Positions 28,124-37,579 of a stretch of 64,000 bases of DNA are shown here, piece after piece. Position 1 is the stretch's first letter; each line of letters starts with the position of its first letter. The stretch is from Acidimicrobiia bacterium (GTDB lineage Bacteria; Actinomycetota; Acidimicrobiia; Acidimicrobiales; Aldehydirespiratoraceae). The translations under genes were made by a program, and so were the position numbers. The stretch is from the NCBI GenBank assembly GCA_022828135.1, contig JAJEJB010000049.1:6504-70503 (forward strand). Direction: 5' to 3'. The notes beneath the pieces are model-generated. The model searched no databases. It saw only the letters and a list, made by a program, of their open reading frames with translations, and was not told the DNA's origin.

Positions 28124-29764
28124 CTAGCCGGCGTCGAGCCCGGCCTGGAGGTCGGCCTGGGCCTGGGCCGCCAGAGCGGCCGCGTCCGTCCATTCGTTGA
28201 ACGGAGCGAACCAGGCCGGCGCCTGTGAGGCGTTGGCCCACTGGCCGGCGCCTGCGGGCGCCGCCCAGTACTGCTCGAAGCCGACGCGGTAGTTCGCCAG
28301 GAACGGCGCGACCTCTGCGCCGAGCTTGGTGTTGAGGCCGGCTGTGGGCTGTGTCGGGATGAAGCCGACCGCGTTCGCGAACGCCTGGTAGTTGTCCGGC
28401 TCCGAGAAGGCGGCCAGGTAGGCGAGCGACTCCTCGGGGTGCGGGGTCTCGGCCGCGATGGCCCAGCCCTGGTCGTACTTCCCGAACAGGTACTTGTTGT
28501 CCTCGGGGTTGTCGCTGCCCGGGAACGGTATGTAGGTCCAGTCGAACCCGACGCCGTCGAGGGCGGGCGCCTGCCACACGCCGGTGGGCATCATGGCGAC
28601 GTCGCCGGCCGCGAACCGGGCCGGGGCGGCGTCGTGGGAGAGGCCGGAGACGCCGTCTTCGAGCATCTCGGTGGTGAACACCTGCATCCGGCGCAGCATC
28701 TCGGTGGAGCGCTCGTCGTCCCAGGTGATGTCGCCGGTCCACAGTCCCTCCACCAGGGCCTCCTGGTCGGGGTACATCGCGCCGAGCAGGCCGTAGGCGC
28801 CGACGAAGATCGGCCAGCCGTCGCCGCCGCCGAGCGTCATGCACTCGTTGCCGGAGGCCTTGAACGTGTCGCATGCGGCTACCAGTTCGCCCCACGTGGT
28901 CGGGACTTCGACGCCGACCGAATCGAACAGGTCGAGGTTCAGGAACATGCCGCTGTAGGACACCCGTCCAAGGTTGATCGCGTACAGCCTGCCCTGGAAC
29001 GAGCCCGCGTCGTCGAGGGTCGCCCTGTCGTAGTGGTCAACGAATGGCTGGCGGGTGAGGTCCATCAGCAGGCCCGCTTCGATGAGGGTCTGCCAGTTCG
29101 GGGGCTGGATGCCCGACATGTACGGCTGGGCCGCGTTGGAGAAGCCGAAGATGTCGATGACGTCGATGTCGCCCGCGGTCAGGCGGGTCTGCGTCGAGAT
29201 GCTGAGGTCGCCCGGCGCGACCACCGACATGTCGACGGTCACGTGCGGGTTGGCCGCCTCGAAGGAATCGTTGAACGACTCCATGAACTCCACCATCGGC
29301 GGGTTCTGGTGCACGAGCACCCGCAGCGTCACGTCCTCCTGGGGGGGTTCCGCAGCGGCTGCCGCCGCGGCCTCCGCGGCTGCGGCCTGCTCAGCGGCTT
29401 CGGCCTCTGCGGCTGCGGCCTGCTCGGCCGCGGCGGCCGCATCGGCGCTGGCCGCGTCCGCCGCCGCCTGGGCCTCGGCCAGCTGGGCCTCGAGATCCGC
29501 CAGCGCGTCCGCGTCGGCGTCGTCGGCGGCCTGCGCAGCCGCCAGGGCCGCTTCGGCCTCCTCTGCTGCGGCAGTGGCTGCGGCGGCCTCTGCGGCGGCG
29601 TCGTCCGCCATCGCCTGGGCCGCGTCGGCGTCGGCTCGGGCCTGGTCGACGGCCGCCGTGTCAACTACGGGGGCGGGGGCCGGCTCGTCGTCGCCGCACG
29701 CCGAGGCCAGCAGGCTCACGGCGAACAGCACGGCGAGCAGCCGGCCGATGGTTGATTTGCTCAT
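28124..29764 (-). CDS. sugar ABC transporter substrate-binding lipoprotein with a long Ala/Asp/Glu-rich spacer
   Basis: MSKSTIGRLLAVLFAVSLLASACG lipobox. GGAGGG RBS before the ATG at 29764. About 130-aa low-complexity spacer, then a family-1 binding-protein-like body. Confidence 0.85.
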   Translation of the reverse strand: MSKSTIGRLLAVLFAVSLLASACGDDEPAPAPVVDTAAVDQARADADAAQAMADDAAAEAAAATAAAEEAEAALAAAQAADDADADALADLEAQLAEAQAAADAASADAAAAAEQAAAAEAEAAEQAAAAEAAAAAAAEPPQEDVTLRVLVHQNPPMVEFMESFNDSFEAANPHVTVDMSVVAPGDLSISTQTRLTAGDIDVIDIFGFSNAAQPYMSGIQPPNWQTLIEAGLLMDLTRQPFVDHYDRATLDDAGSFQGRLYAINLGRVSYSGMFLNLDLFDSVGVEVPTTWGELVAACDTFKASGNECMTLGGGDGWPIFVGAYGLLGAMYPDQEALVEGLWTGDITWDDERSTEMLRRMQVFTTEMLEDGVSGLSHDAAPARFAAGDVAMMPTGVWQAPALDGVGFDWTYIPFPGSDNPEDNKYLFGKYDQGWAIAAETPHPEESLAYLAAFSEPDNYQAFANAVGFIPTQPTAGLNTKLGAEVAPFLANYRVGFEQYWAAPAGAGQWANASQAPAWFAPFNEWTDAAALAAQAQADLQAGLDAG

Positions 29765-29835
29765 GGTTGTTTCCCTCCTGGTTTGTTGGATCACGCCTTG
29801 CGACGCATTGGGACTGGTTGTGGGGGAGCCGGGCA

Positions 29836-30867
29836 TCACGCGGCTGGCCCAGCCGGGGCGTTGGAGCCGCACGATTCGCGTACGGCTAGTTCTGTCGGGA
29901 ACACCACGTGCTCGGGCGTCGTCGAGGCGCCGGAGATCACCGATGTGAGCAGCCGCACGGCCCGCTCGCCGACCTCCGTCACGGGCTGCACCACCGAGGT
30001 CAGCCGGGGGGTGGTGAGGTCCGGCGGCACGATGCCGTCGAAGGACACCACCGAGATGTCGCGCGGGCAGTTGATTCCGGACTCGCCGATGGCCCGGAGC
30101 GCGCCGACGGCCATCCGGTCCGAGGAGACGAACACCGAGTCCGGTTGCTCGGCCAGCAGCCGGGCCATGGCGCGGCGGCCGGACTCCTGCGACCAGTCGC
30201 CCTCCTGGATGCGATCCTCGACGCTCAGGCCTGCTTCGGCCAGCCCTTCGAGGAAGCCGTTGCGGCGGTCGATTCCCGCCGAGGTGTTCGAGGGTGCCGT
30301 GATGAGCGCCGGGCGGGTGCGGCCGAGCCCGGCGAGGTGCAGGGCCGCGGCGCGGGCACCGGCCCGGTTGTCGACGTCGACGCAGAAGGTGGAGCCGGCG
30401 CTGTCGGGCCGCCCGACCACCACGAAGGGCATGCTGGTGCCTCCCATGTGGTCGATCAGGGGGTCGCCCCGGGTGGTGGCGGTGACTATCACACCGTCGA
30501 CGAGCCCGGGCGTGACGACCCGGGAGATGATCGAGCTCTCGTCGGGCCCGTCGCCGAACAGGAACAGGGCCAGCGTCATGTCGACTTCGTTGGTTGCGCT
30601 GCTGATCCCCAGGATGAGCCGGCCGAAGTAGGGATCGTCGAACAGGGTCCCGGCCGCGCTGGGGATCACGAGCCCGATGACGCCGGTGCTGTTCGAGGCG
30701 AGGGAGCGGGCCGCCGCGTGGGGGCGGTAGCCGGTCTCCGCGATCACGGCCTCCACCCGCCTCTTGGTCTCCGAACTCACGTGACCGCCGTTGACGACCC
30801 GCGAGACAGTGGAGCGCGATACGCCGGCGCGGCGTCCGACATCCTCCAGGTTCAGCCGTCGAGCCAT
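29836..30867 (-). CDS. LacI-family transcriptional regulator
   Basis: N-terminal HTH LEDVGRRAGVSRSTVSRVVNG plus a periplasmic-binding-fold body. Confidence 0.9.
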   Translation of the reverse strand: MARRLNLEDVGRRAGVSRSTVSRVVNGGHVSSETKRRVEAVIAETGYRPHAAARSLASNSTGVIGLVIPSAAGTLFDDPYFGRLILGISSATNEVDMTLALFLFGDGPDESSIISRVVTPGLVDGVIVTATTRGDPLIDHMGGTSMPFVVVGRPDSAGSTFCVDVDNRAGARAAALHLAGLGRTRPALITAPSNTSAGIDRRNGFLEGLAEAGLSVEDRIQEGDWSQESGRRAMARLLAEQPDSVFVSSDRMAVGALRAIGESGINCPRDISVVSFDGIVPPDLTTPRLTSVVQPVTEVGERAVRLLTSVISGASTTPEHVVFPTELAVRESCGSNAPAGPAA

Positions 30868-30877
30868 GAGCCTCCTA

Positions 30878-30891
30878 TGGGAGCGCTCCCA
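30878..30891. promoter_or_regulatory. LacI-type operator, perfect palindrome TGGGAGCGCTCCCA
   Basis: Perfect 14-bp palindrome 11 nt upstream of the lacI-family ATG, abutting its AGGAGG RBS. Identical to the CebR/CelR box as I recall it. Confidence 0.65.
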
Positions 30892-30945
30892 ACAATATGA
30901 TCACTGCAAAAGCTTGTCAAGTCGAAGAACTCTAGGCATCTAATT

Positions 30946-30959
30946 TGAGAGCGCTCTCA
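30946..30959. promoter_or_regulatory. second LacI-type operator, perfect palindrome TGAGAGCGCTCTCA
   Basis: Perfect 14-bp palindrome 68 bp upstream of the first box. Same core, AGCGCT. Confidence 0.6.
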
Positions 30960-31029
30960 GACATTGAGAGCCTGCGAAAGCTCGTTCAGTGCCGCCAGCG
31001 TGAGGACTCCTGCGTTAGATGGTCGAACG

Positions 31030-31896
31030 TCAGAAGTTGAACAGCGACATGGCGGTGCCGCCGCGGATCATGTCCCGCTCGGCAGAGCTGATGCCGCCGA
31101 GAAGTTGGTCGATCACGCCCAAGGTCTCGGGGTAGCCGGGCTCCTCGCGTATCCAGGGCCAGTCCGAGGCCATCACCATGCGCTCCGCGCCGAAGGCGGC
31201 GTAGATGCGGTCAGTGGTCTCCTGGAGGTCCCGGTAGGGATAGGGAGCGCCGCTGAAGGCGTAGTGCCCCGACAGGTGGACGTGAACGCTGGGGTGCTTG
31301 GCGGCCAGCGCCTCCACCACCTCCAGGCCGGGCGGGGGGAGCGGCATGTCGAACCGGGGTCGCCGGTAGTCGTCCACCCGCAGCTCCAGGTGCATGTTGG
31401 GCAGGAACCCCAGATGGTTGAGCACCACCCTCAGACCGGGGAGCAGGTCCAGGCAGCCGTCGAGCAGCGCCACCTGGTCGGCGGGCCCGTAGAACCAGGC
31501 CTTCATCCCGGCGTCGCGCATGGCGGCCAGAGCAGGGAACACGGCCAGCGACTCGGGATCGGAACCGGGCTCACCCTCCAGGCCGTAGAACCGGACGCCT
31601 TCGATTCCGGCGTCGATCCTGCGTTGCAGCGTGGCCAGCGGATCGGGGTCCTCGAAGTCATGCACCGCGACGCCCGCGAACCTGCCCGGGTGGTCGGCCA
31701 GCACCTCCGCCAGGAAGCGGTCGTGCGGAGACAGGGCGCAGAAGATGGCCCGGTCCACCCCTGCGGCGTCCATCGCCTCCAGCAGGCGGGCCGCAAGCTC
31801 CTCGCGCTCGGGCGGCGCCATGATGTCGAAGATGGCCCGCGGATAGTCGTCGCTGAGGGCCTTGAAGAGATGCAGGTGGCCATCCACTACGTCCAT
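31030..31896 (-). CDS. amidohydrolase-2 family (metal-dependent TIM-barrel hydrolase)
   Basis: N-terminal DGHLHLF, internal NHLG and C-terminal ASDWPW motifs. Confidence 0.75.
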   Translation of the reverse strand: MDVVDGHLHLFKALSDDYPRAIFDIMAPPEREELAARLLEAMDAAGVDRAIFCALSPHDRFLAEVLADHPGRFAGVAVHDFEDPDPLATLQRRIDAGIEGVRFYGLEGEPGSDPESLAVFPALAAMRDAGMKAWFYGPADQVALLDGCLDLLPGLRVVLNHLGFLPNMHLELRVDDYRRPRFDMPLPPPGLEVVEALAAKHPSVHVHLSGHYAFSGAPYPYRDLQETTDRIYAAFGAERMVMASDWPWIREEPGYPETLGVIDQLLGGISSAERDMIRGGTAMSLFNF

Positions 31897-31920
31897 GGCT
31901 TCTTGCCTTTCTGTCGGTCG

Positions 31921-32598
31921 CTACTCGTCGGAGTCTTGCCGGTTCTCGGTCTGCTCGGCGATCCAGGCGAGGTGGTAGGCGGTGAGGTGCCGGCGCATGA
32001 ACATCACCAGCTGCTCCACGAGGTGGGGGTGCTCCTGTAGCAGGGCCGGGCCTCGCAGCGCGGTGCCCGTCGAGATCCACATGTTCTGACCCCGCATCTT
32101 CGGATGGCTCGTCCGCACATGCTCGTGTACGGGCTCGTCGTGCGCGCCGGTGAACAGCACCCGCATGGAGGGGACCGACCCGACGCCGTCGTAGTCGTCG
32201 TCAGAGCGGCCCGATCCGGGCGCCGGGCTGACCACCGCATGGACCGGGGCGCCGTGCTCGCCGCCCAGCTCGAAGGCAGCCCGGGCCGCGGTTCCGTGGA
32301 CCACCAGCCCGCAGGGGCCGAAGGCGCCCTGCACCTCGGCCAGCGCGCCGGTCACGTCATCGACAGTGGCCGACGGATCGGGCTCGCCGTCGGAGAGGCC
32401 GTGGCCGCGCAGTTCCAGGCAGATCACCCGGAAGCCCTCGGCCCTCACCGCGGGCGCCACCGAGCCCCAGGCGTCGAGGTCCTCGCCGAGGTCGTGCACG
32501 AACAGCAGCGGCGGCCCGTCGGCGGGATGCTCGATCCCCCGCAGCACAGTCCCGTCGGCCAGCGCGACCTCTATCGGATACGGCTTCGACAATGCCAT
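31921..32598 (-). CDS. alpha/beta-hydrolase-fold-like protein with a degenerate nucleophile elbow
   Basis: PLLFVHDLG and LRGHGLSDG are typical of the fold, but the GxSxG position reads VVHGTAA. Confidence 0.55.
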   Translation of the reverse strand: MALSKPYPIEVALADGTVLRGIEHPADGPPLLFVHDLGEDLDAWGSVAPAVRAEGFRVICLELRGHGLSDGEPDPSATVDDVTGALAEVQGAFGPCGLVVHGTAARAAFELGGEHGAPVHAVVSPAPGSGRSDDDYDGVGSVPSMRVLFTGAHDEPVHEHVRTSHPKMRGQNMWISTGTALRGPALLQEHPHLVEQLVMFMRRHLTAYHLAWIAEQTENRQDSDE

Positions 32599-32610
32599 GG
32601 CGAGTGCCGG

Positions 32611-33621
32611 TCAGAAGGGCTGGGGGTTGAAGCAGCGGAACCCCACCCCGGCCTCCACCGCGTGGGGGGGATGGTCGGTCCAGCACTGCTCCAGCGCGTG
32701 GGGGCAGCGGGGAGCGAAGCGGCAGCCTGGGGGCATCATCTGCATGGGCGGGACGAGCCCCGGGATCGGGACCAGCTCCCGGCGCTTGCGACTGGCATGG
32801 GGCAGGGCCCGGAGCAGGCCCTGGGTGTAGGGATGGCGCGGGTTGGAGAACAGTTCGTCGACCGGGGCCTCCTCGACGATCTCGCCCGCGTACATCACGG
32901 CCACCCGGTCGGCGATCGAGGCCACCACGGCCAGGTCGTGGGTGATGAGCAGCATCGACATGTGGCGGTCCTGCTGCTCCTGCCGGAGCCGCTCCAGGAT
33001 CTGGGCCTGCACGGTCACATCGAGCGCGGTGGTGGGCTCGTCGGCGATGAGAATCTCGGGGTCGAGCACCAGGGCGGTGGCGATCATCACCCGCTGGCGC
33101 ATCCCGCCCGACAGTTCGTGCGGGTACGAGTCGAACCGCTCCTCGGGGGCGGGCAGGCCAACGGCTCTCAGGATGTCGACGCTCATGTCGCGGGCTTCGG
33201 CCTTGGTGGCGTCGCGGTGGGTGCGGATTACCTCGGTCATCACCTGGCCCACCGTGAACACCGGATCGAGCGATGTCAGCGGATCCTGGAAGATCATCGA
33301 GATGCGTTCGGAGCGGACGTCTCGGACCCGGCGCGCGGGCATCTGCGTGAGGTCGCTACCGTCGAAGACGATCTCACCGGAGGTGATGCGCACCGGGGGA
33401 GTGGGCAACAGCCGCATGATCGACAGTGCGGTGATGGTCTTGCCGCATCCGCTCTCGCCCACCAGGCACAGCACCTCATTCGGTTGGATGTCGAAGGACA
33501 CGTCGCGGACCACGTCGAAGGCGCCTTCCGGGGTGGCCACCGCGGTGTGGAGGTTCCGGACCGACAGGACCGGTGCCCCCGTCGAGCCGTTGGTGGCGGC
33601 CGGAGCCGCGGACGTGCTCAC
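32611..33621 (-). CDS. peptide ABC transporter ATP-binding protein (DppD/OppD-like)
   Basis: Walker A GESGCGKT, signature LSGGMRQR, Walker B LIADEPTT. GTG start. Confidence 0.85.
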   Translation of the reverse strand: MSTSAAPAATNGSTGAPVLSVRNLHTAVATPEGAFDVVRDVSFDIQPNEVLCLVGESGCGKTITALSIMRLLPTPPVRITSGEIVFDGSDLTQMPARRVRDVRSERISMIFQDPLTSLDPVFTVGQVMTEVIRTHRDATKAEARDMSVDILRAVGLPAPEERFDSYPHELSGGMRQRVMIATALVLDPEILIADEPTTALDVTVQAQILERLRQEQQDRHMSMLLITHDLAVVASIADRVAVMYAGEIVEEAPVDELFSNPRHPYTQGLLRALPHASRKRRELVPIPGLVPPMQMMPPGCRFAPRCPHALEQCWTDHPPHAVEAGVGFRCFNPQPF

Positions 33622-33664
33622 CGCGGGCTCATGCCTTGCGCAGCCTGTTCGGCGCGGTCGGATC

Positions 33665-34582
33665 TCATGCCTTGCGCAGCCGGGGGTTGGCCACGGTGTA
33701 GCCGACGTCGGCCGCCCAGTTGCTCAGCACGACGATGGCGATCAGCACCAACGAGAAGAACTGGGCCACCGGGTAGTCGCGTCTCAGCACCGCGTTGACC
33801 AGCACCTGGCCCAGGCCGGGCCAGCCGAAGATCGTCTCCACCACCAGGGCGTAGCCGACGATCTGGCCGATCCGAAGGCCGGCCAGCGAGATGATGGGCA
33901 CCATGGCGTTGCGCAGCACGTGCTTGCCGATGATGCTCGCCTCCGACAGGCCGCCCGCCCGCAGCGTCCTCACGAAGTCCTGGCCGAGGTTCTCCAGCAT
34001 GGCTGAGCGGGTCATCCGCACGGTCAGGGCGATCCCCTCCATGGCCAGCACCACCGCGGGGAGGATCAGCTGCTTCGTGCTGCAGCAGCCGGCCGACGGC
34101 AGCCATCCCAGCGTGGACGCGAATAACCACACCGTCAGCAGGGCCAGCCAGAAGTTGGGCACGGCCATGCCGGCCACCGAGAACGTCATCACCGAGCCGT
34201 CTGCCCAGCTGTTTCGTCTGACCGCGGCGAGGATCCCCAACGGGACCCCGATGACGAACACCAGCCCGAAGGCCGCGGCCCCCAGCACCAGGCTGTTCTT
34301 GCCGTGCTCGGTGAGCATGTCGAATATGTCGGCGTTGTTGGTGAGCGACTTGCCCAGGTCGAAGGTCAGCAGGCGCCCCATGTAGCGGAAGTACTGCTCG
34401 TGGACCGGGTCGTTGAGGCCCAGCAGCTCTCGGAACTCCTCGCGCTCCTCGTAGGAGGCCGAGGCGGGCAGCCGGGCCGACACCGCGTCGCCGCCGGAGA
34501 GCCGGATGGCGTAGAACACCGCGATCGACGACAGCAGCAGCACGATGAGCGTGTAGAGGGTGCGGGCCGCGATGCGCTTCAT
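33665..34582 (-). CDS. peptide ABC transporter permease (DppB/OppB-like)
   Basis: MKRIAARTLYTLIVLLL N-terminus and multi-TM body typical of DppB-type permeases. Confidence 0.85.
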   Translation of the reverse strand: MKRIAARTLYTLIVLLLSSIAVFYAIRLSGGDAVSARLPASASYEEREEFRELLGLNDPVHEQYFRYMGRLLTFDLGKSLTNNADIFDMLTEHGKNSLVLGAAAFGLVFVIGVPLGILAAVRRNSWADGSVMTFSVAGMAVPNFWLALLTVWLFASTLGWLPSAGCCSTKQLILPAVVLAMEGIALTVRMTRSAMLENLGQDFVRTLRAGGLSEASIIGKHVLRNAMVPIISLAGLRIGQIVGYALVVETIFGWPGLGQVLVNAVLRRDYPVAQFFSLVLIAIVVLSNWAADVGYTVANPRLRKA

Positions 34583-34646
34583 GGCGCCTCACCGCCTGCG
34601 ACCGTCGCCGCGTAGCCCTCAAGCGTGTAGAGGGTGCCTCGGGCGT

Positions 34647-35606
34647 TCATTGCTCGTCCACCGACTTGGCCTCGTGGCGCAGGCGGGGGTCGAACACGTC
34701 GCGCAGCCCGTCGCCGATGAGGCTCACCGACAGCACCACCAGCACGATGGCGATGCCCGGGATGGTCGACTCCCAGTGGTTGAGCCGCAGGTAGTTGCGG
34801 CCGTCGGCCACCATCTGTCCCAGGCTCGGGGTCGGGGGCTGGGCGCCCAGGCCGATGAACGACAGCGCGGCCTCGGCGATCACCGCCACCGCCACATAGT
34901 ACGACGCCAGCACGAAGGCGGGGGCCAGGATGTTGGGGAAGATGTGGCGCCACATGATGCGCATCGACGAGTAGCCCCCGGCCCGGGCCGCCTCCACGAA
35001 CTCCCGCTGCGACAGGGTCAGCACCTCGCCCCGGACCACGCGGGCGATGGCCGCGGTGTTGACCAGGCCGACGGCCAGGATCACCGGGAACAGGCCGCCG
35101 CCCATCCCTCCCACGAACAGCACGGCCAGCAGGATCAGCGGGAAGCCCCAGATGAAGTCGACCGCCCCTCCGATGGCCCGGTCGGTCCAGCCCCGCAGGT
35201 AGCCGGCCACCATGCCCAGCACGATTCCGGCCGCCAGCGCGAGCAGGGTCACGCCGGCGGCCACGGTGAGGCTCACCCTGATGCCCACGAAGACCCTGAC
35301 CGCCATGTCGCGGCCCAGCACGTCGGTGCCGAAGATGTGGCCGTCGCTCAGCGGCGGGAGGTGGATGTCCTGGAAGTCCTGGGTGACGTAGTCGCCGCCG
35401 GTGACCCACGGTCCCAAGATTCCCGCGGCCAGCACCACCACGCCCAGCGCCGAGCCCAGCAGCAGCAGCCGGTTGTGGCGCATGCGGCGCAGGCTGCGCT
35501 GCAGCCGGGTGACGTGCTGGGCCTCCTCCAGCTCGAGGAGCCGGTCCTCCCAGTCGAGCCGCCGCGCCTCGACCGCCGGTGTCGCGCCTTCTGTGGCGGC
35601 GGTCAC
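34647..35606 (-). CDS. peptide ABC transporter permease (DppC/OppC-like)
   Basis: HIFGTDVLGRD motif and EAARAGGYS EAA loop. Confidence 0.85.
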   Translation of the reverse strand: MTAATEGATPAVEARRLDWEDRLLELEEAQHVTRLQRSLRRMRHNRLLLLGSALGVVVLAAGILGPWVTGGDYVTQDFQDIHLPPLSDGHIFGTDVLGRDMAVRVFVGIRVSLTVAAGVTLLALAAGIVLGMVAGYLRGWTDRAIGGAVDFIWGFPLILLAVLFVGGMGGGLFPVILAVGLVNTAAIARVVRGEVLTLSQREFVEAARAGGYSSMRIMWRHIFPNILAPAFVLASYYVAVAVIAEAALSFIGLGAQPPTPSLGQMVADGRNYLRLNHWESTIPGIAIVLVVLSVSLIGDGLRDVFDPRLRHEAKSVDEQ

Positions 35607-35649
35607 GGCGCCGCCGCGCTTGGATGCAGGCTCTGCGCCCTTGAGCCCT

Positions 35650-37452
35650 CTAGCCCTCGATCCACGTGTCGTTGTAGTACGGGTAGAGGTTCCACACGAA
35701 CGGCTGCCAGCCGTGCACCTTGTTGTGGTGCACGAAGGTGGCGTTCTGGTTCATGATCGGCAGGTACGGCAGCTGCTCGGCCCAGGCCAGCTGGAACTCC
35801 GACGAAGCGGCCTGCGCCTCGGCCTCGGTGGCCGACTGCTGCCACGCCGCGATGGCGTCGTCGATGCGGGGCTCGACCGCGTGCGAGAAGTTCGGCACCG
35901 GGATGGTGGCCGACCAGCCGAACAGGATGAGCACGTCGAGGGGGATGGGCCACAGCCAGAAGAACAGCGACATCTCGACGGAGTCGCGTCCCGGCTGGCT
36001 CTGCTCGGTGAAGGCCAGGCCTCGGTCGACGACGTTGAGGTTGGCCCTCACGCCGACCTTGGCGAACTGGGCCGACACTGCGGCGGCCACGTTCTTCTGG
36101 ACGGACTCGTCCTCGACCAGGTAGCGGAACTCGAAGCGGTGGCCGTCGCGCACCCGCACGCCGTCGTCGCCCATCACCCAGCCGGCCTCGTCGAGCTTCT
36201 GGTTGGCCAGATCCACGTCGAACTGGTTGAACTGCTCCACCGCGGGGTCGTACTGGCGGTCGGTGGTGGGGAACGGCCCGTAGGTGGCCGCGCCGTTGCC
36301 GGCCAGGATGGCGTTGACCATGCCCTCGCGGTCCAGCGAGTGCGACAGGCCCTGGCGGGTGAGCACGTCGCCGAACAGCTCGTCGTAGTCCCGGTTCATG
36401 GCCAGGTGGAAGCCCGACCACTCGGGATGGCGGATCACCGTCAGGTCCGAGTTGTTCTCCAGCCGGGAGATGTCGATGTGGGCCGGGTTGATCAGCGTGT
36501 CGATGTCGCCGTTCTCGAGCTGGGTGGCCCGCTGGCCCTCCTCGGTGATGACCGTCCAGCGGATGCCGTCCAGGTAGGCCGGACCCTTGTTCTCGAAGAA
36601 CGGGGTGTTGGAGCCGGGATAGTCGGCCCAGCGGCTCACTGATACGTGACTGCCCGGCACCCACTCCTCGTGGGTGAACGGCCCGGTGCCGTCGGCGAAC
36701 TCGGTCCCGTAGCTGGACTCCGGGTTGAGGGTGCCGTCGGCGTTGAGGGTGCTTTCCTTCCAGGTGTTGATGTTGAGGATGCGCCAGTAGCCGGTCTTGT
36801 GCGGCCCGAGCGCGCCGATCCAGGGGTTCTTCATCTTCATGATGACGGTGTTGCCGTCGGCCTCGTAGGTGTCGACCGGCGCGGCCAGCCCGGCGATGAA
36901 GCTGAAGGCCTGCACCGACCGGTAGAACTCGGCCACCGCCTCGGCGTCGATGGTGCCGCCGGAGTGCGAGAGCTTGCCCTCGGGGATGTCGAAGGTGTAG
37001 GTGAGGCCGTCGTCTGAGACGGAGAAGCCCGAGGCGAACTGGGGCACGTCGGCGCCCGACGGGTCGTTGGACAGGATGGCCTCGTAGATGGCGAAGAAGG
37101 CCGGGTCGTACCAGTTGGTGGTGAGCGGGTCGTGCTTCGACACGTCCCGGTTGTAGCCCTCCCGCAGCGTGCCGCCCTGGGTGGGACCGGTGGCGGCCGG
37201 CTCCTCAGGGGCCGCGGTGGTGGCCGGAGCCTCGTCGCTGTCGACCGGCTCGGCCGGGGCCGCGGTGGTGGTGGGCGCGGCCTCCTCGTCGTCGCCGCAG
37301 GCGGCCAGGATGCTGGCTGCGGCTGCGACTCCTACGCCTGTCATACCCAGGCGCTTCATGAACGCCCGGCGGTCGAGTTGATTGGCCTGGTACTGGTCGG
37401 CGAGCTCGGCGACCTCCGGCCCGTACTCGTCTCGTATCCACGAATTGCCCAT
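35650..37452 (-). CDS. family-5 (peptide/nickel) ABC substrate-binding lipoprotein with Tat signal
   Basis: RRAFMKRLGMTGVGVAAAASILAACG. ATG at 37452 follows AAGGGGGG. Confidence 0.85.
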   Translation of the reverse strand: MGNSWIRDEYGPEVAELADQYQANQLDRRAFMKRLGMTGVGVAAAASILAACGDDEEAAPTTTAAPAEPVDSDEAPATTAAPEEPAATGPTQGGTLREGYNRDVSKHDPLTTNWYDPAFFAIYEAILSNDPSGADVPQFASGFSVSDDGLTYTFDIPEGKLSHSGGTIDAEAVAEFYRSVQAFSFIAGLAAPVDTYEADGNTVIMKMKNPWIGALGPHKTGYWRILNINTWKESTLNADGTLNPESSYGTEFADGTGPFTHEEWVPGSHVSVSRWADYPGSNTPFFENKGPAYLDGIRWTVITEEGQRATQLENGDIDTLINPAHIDISRLENNSDLTVIRHPEWSGFHLAMNRDYDELFGDVLTRQGLSHSLDREGMVNAILAGNGAATYGPFPTTDRQYDPAVEQFNQFDVDLANQKLDEAGWVMGDDGVRVRDGHRFEFRYLVEDESVQKNVAAAVSAQFAKVGVRANLNVVDRGLAFTEQSQPGRDSVEMSLFFWLWPIPLDVLILFGWSATIPVPNFSHAVEPRIDDAIAAWQQSATEAEAQAASSEFQLAWAEQLPYLPIMNQNATFVHHNKVHGWQPFVWNLYPYYNDTWIEG

Positions 37453-37579
37453 GTCAGGACCCCCCTTGGTCTTGTCGGACGTGCGACCGCCGTCCACCGG
37501 ACGACGGCTGGCGGCACGACTGTATACCAAGACTGCGGATCCGTCCAAGTTGCAGGCGCAGACGCCCAGGCCGGCGCGG

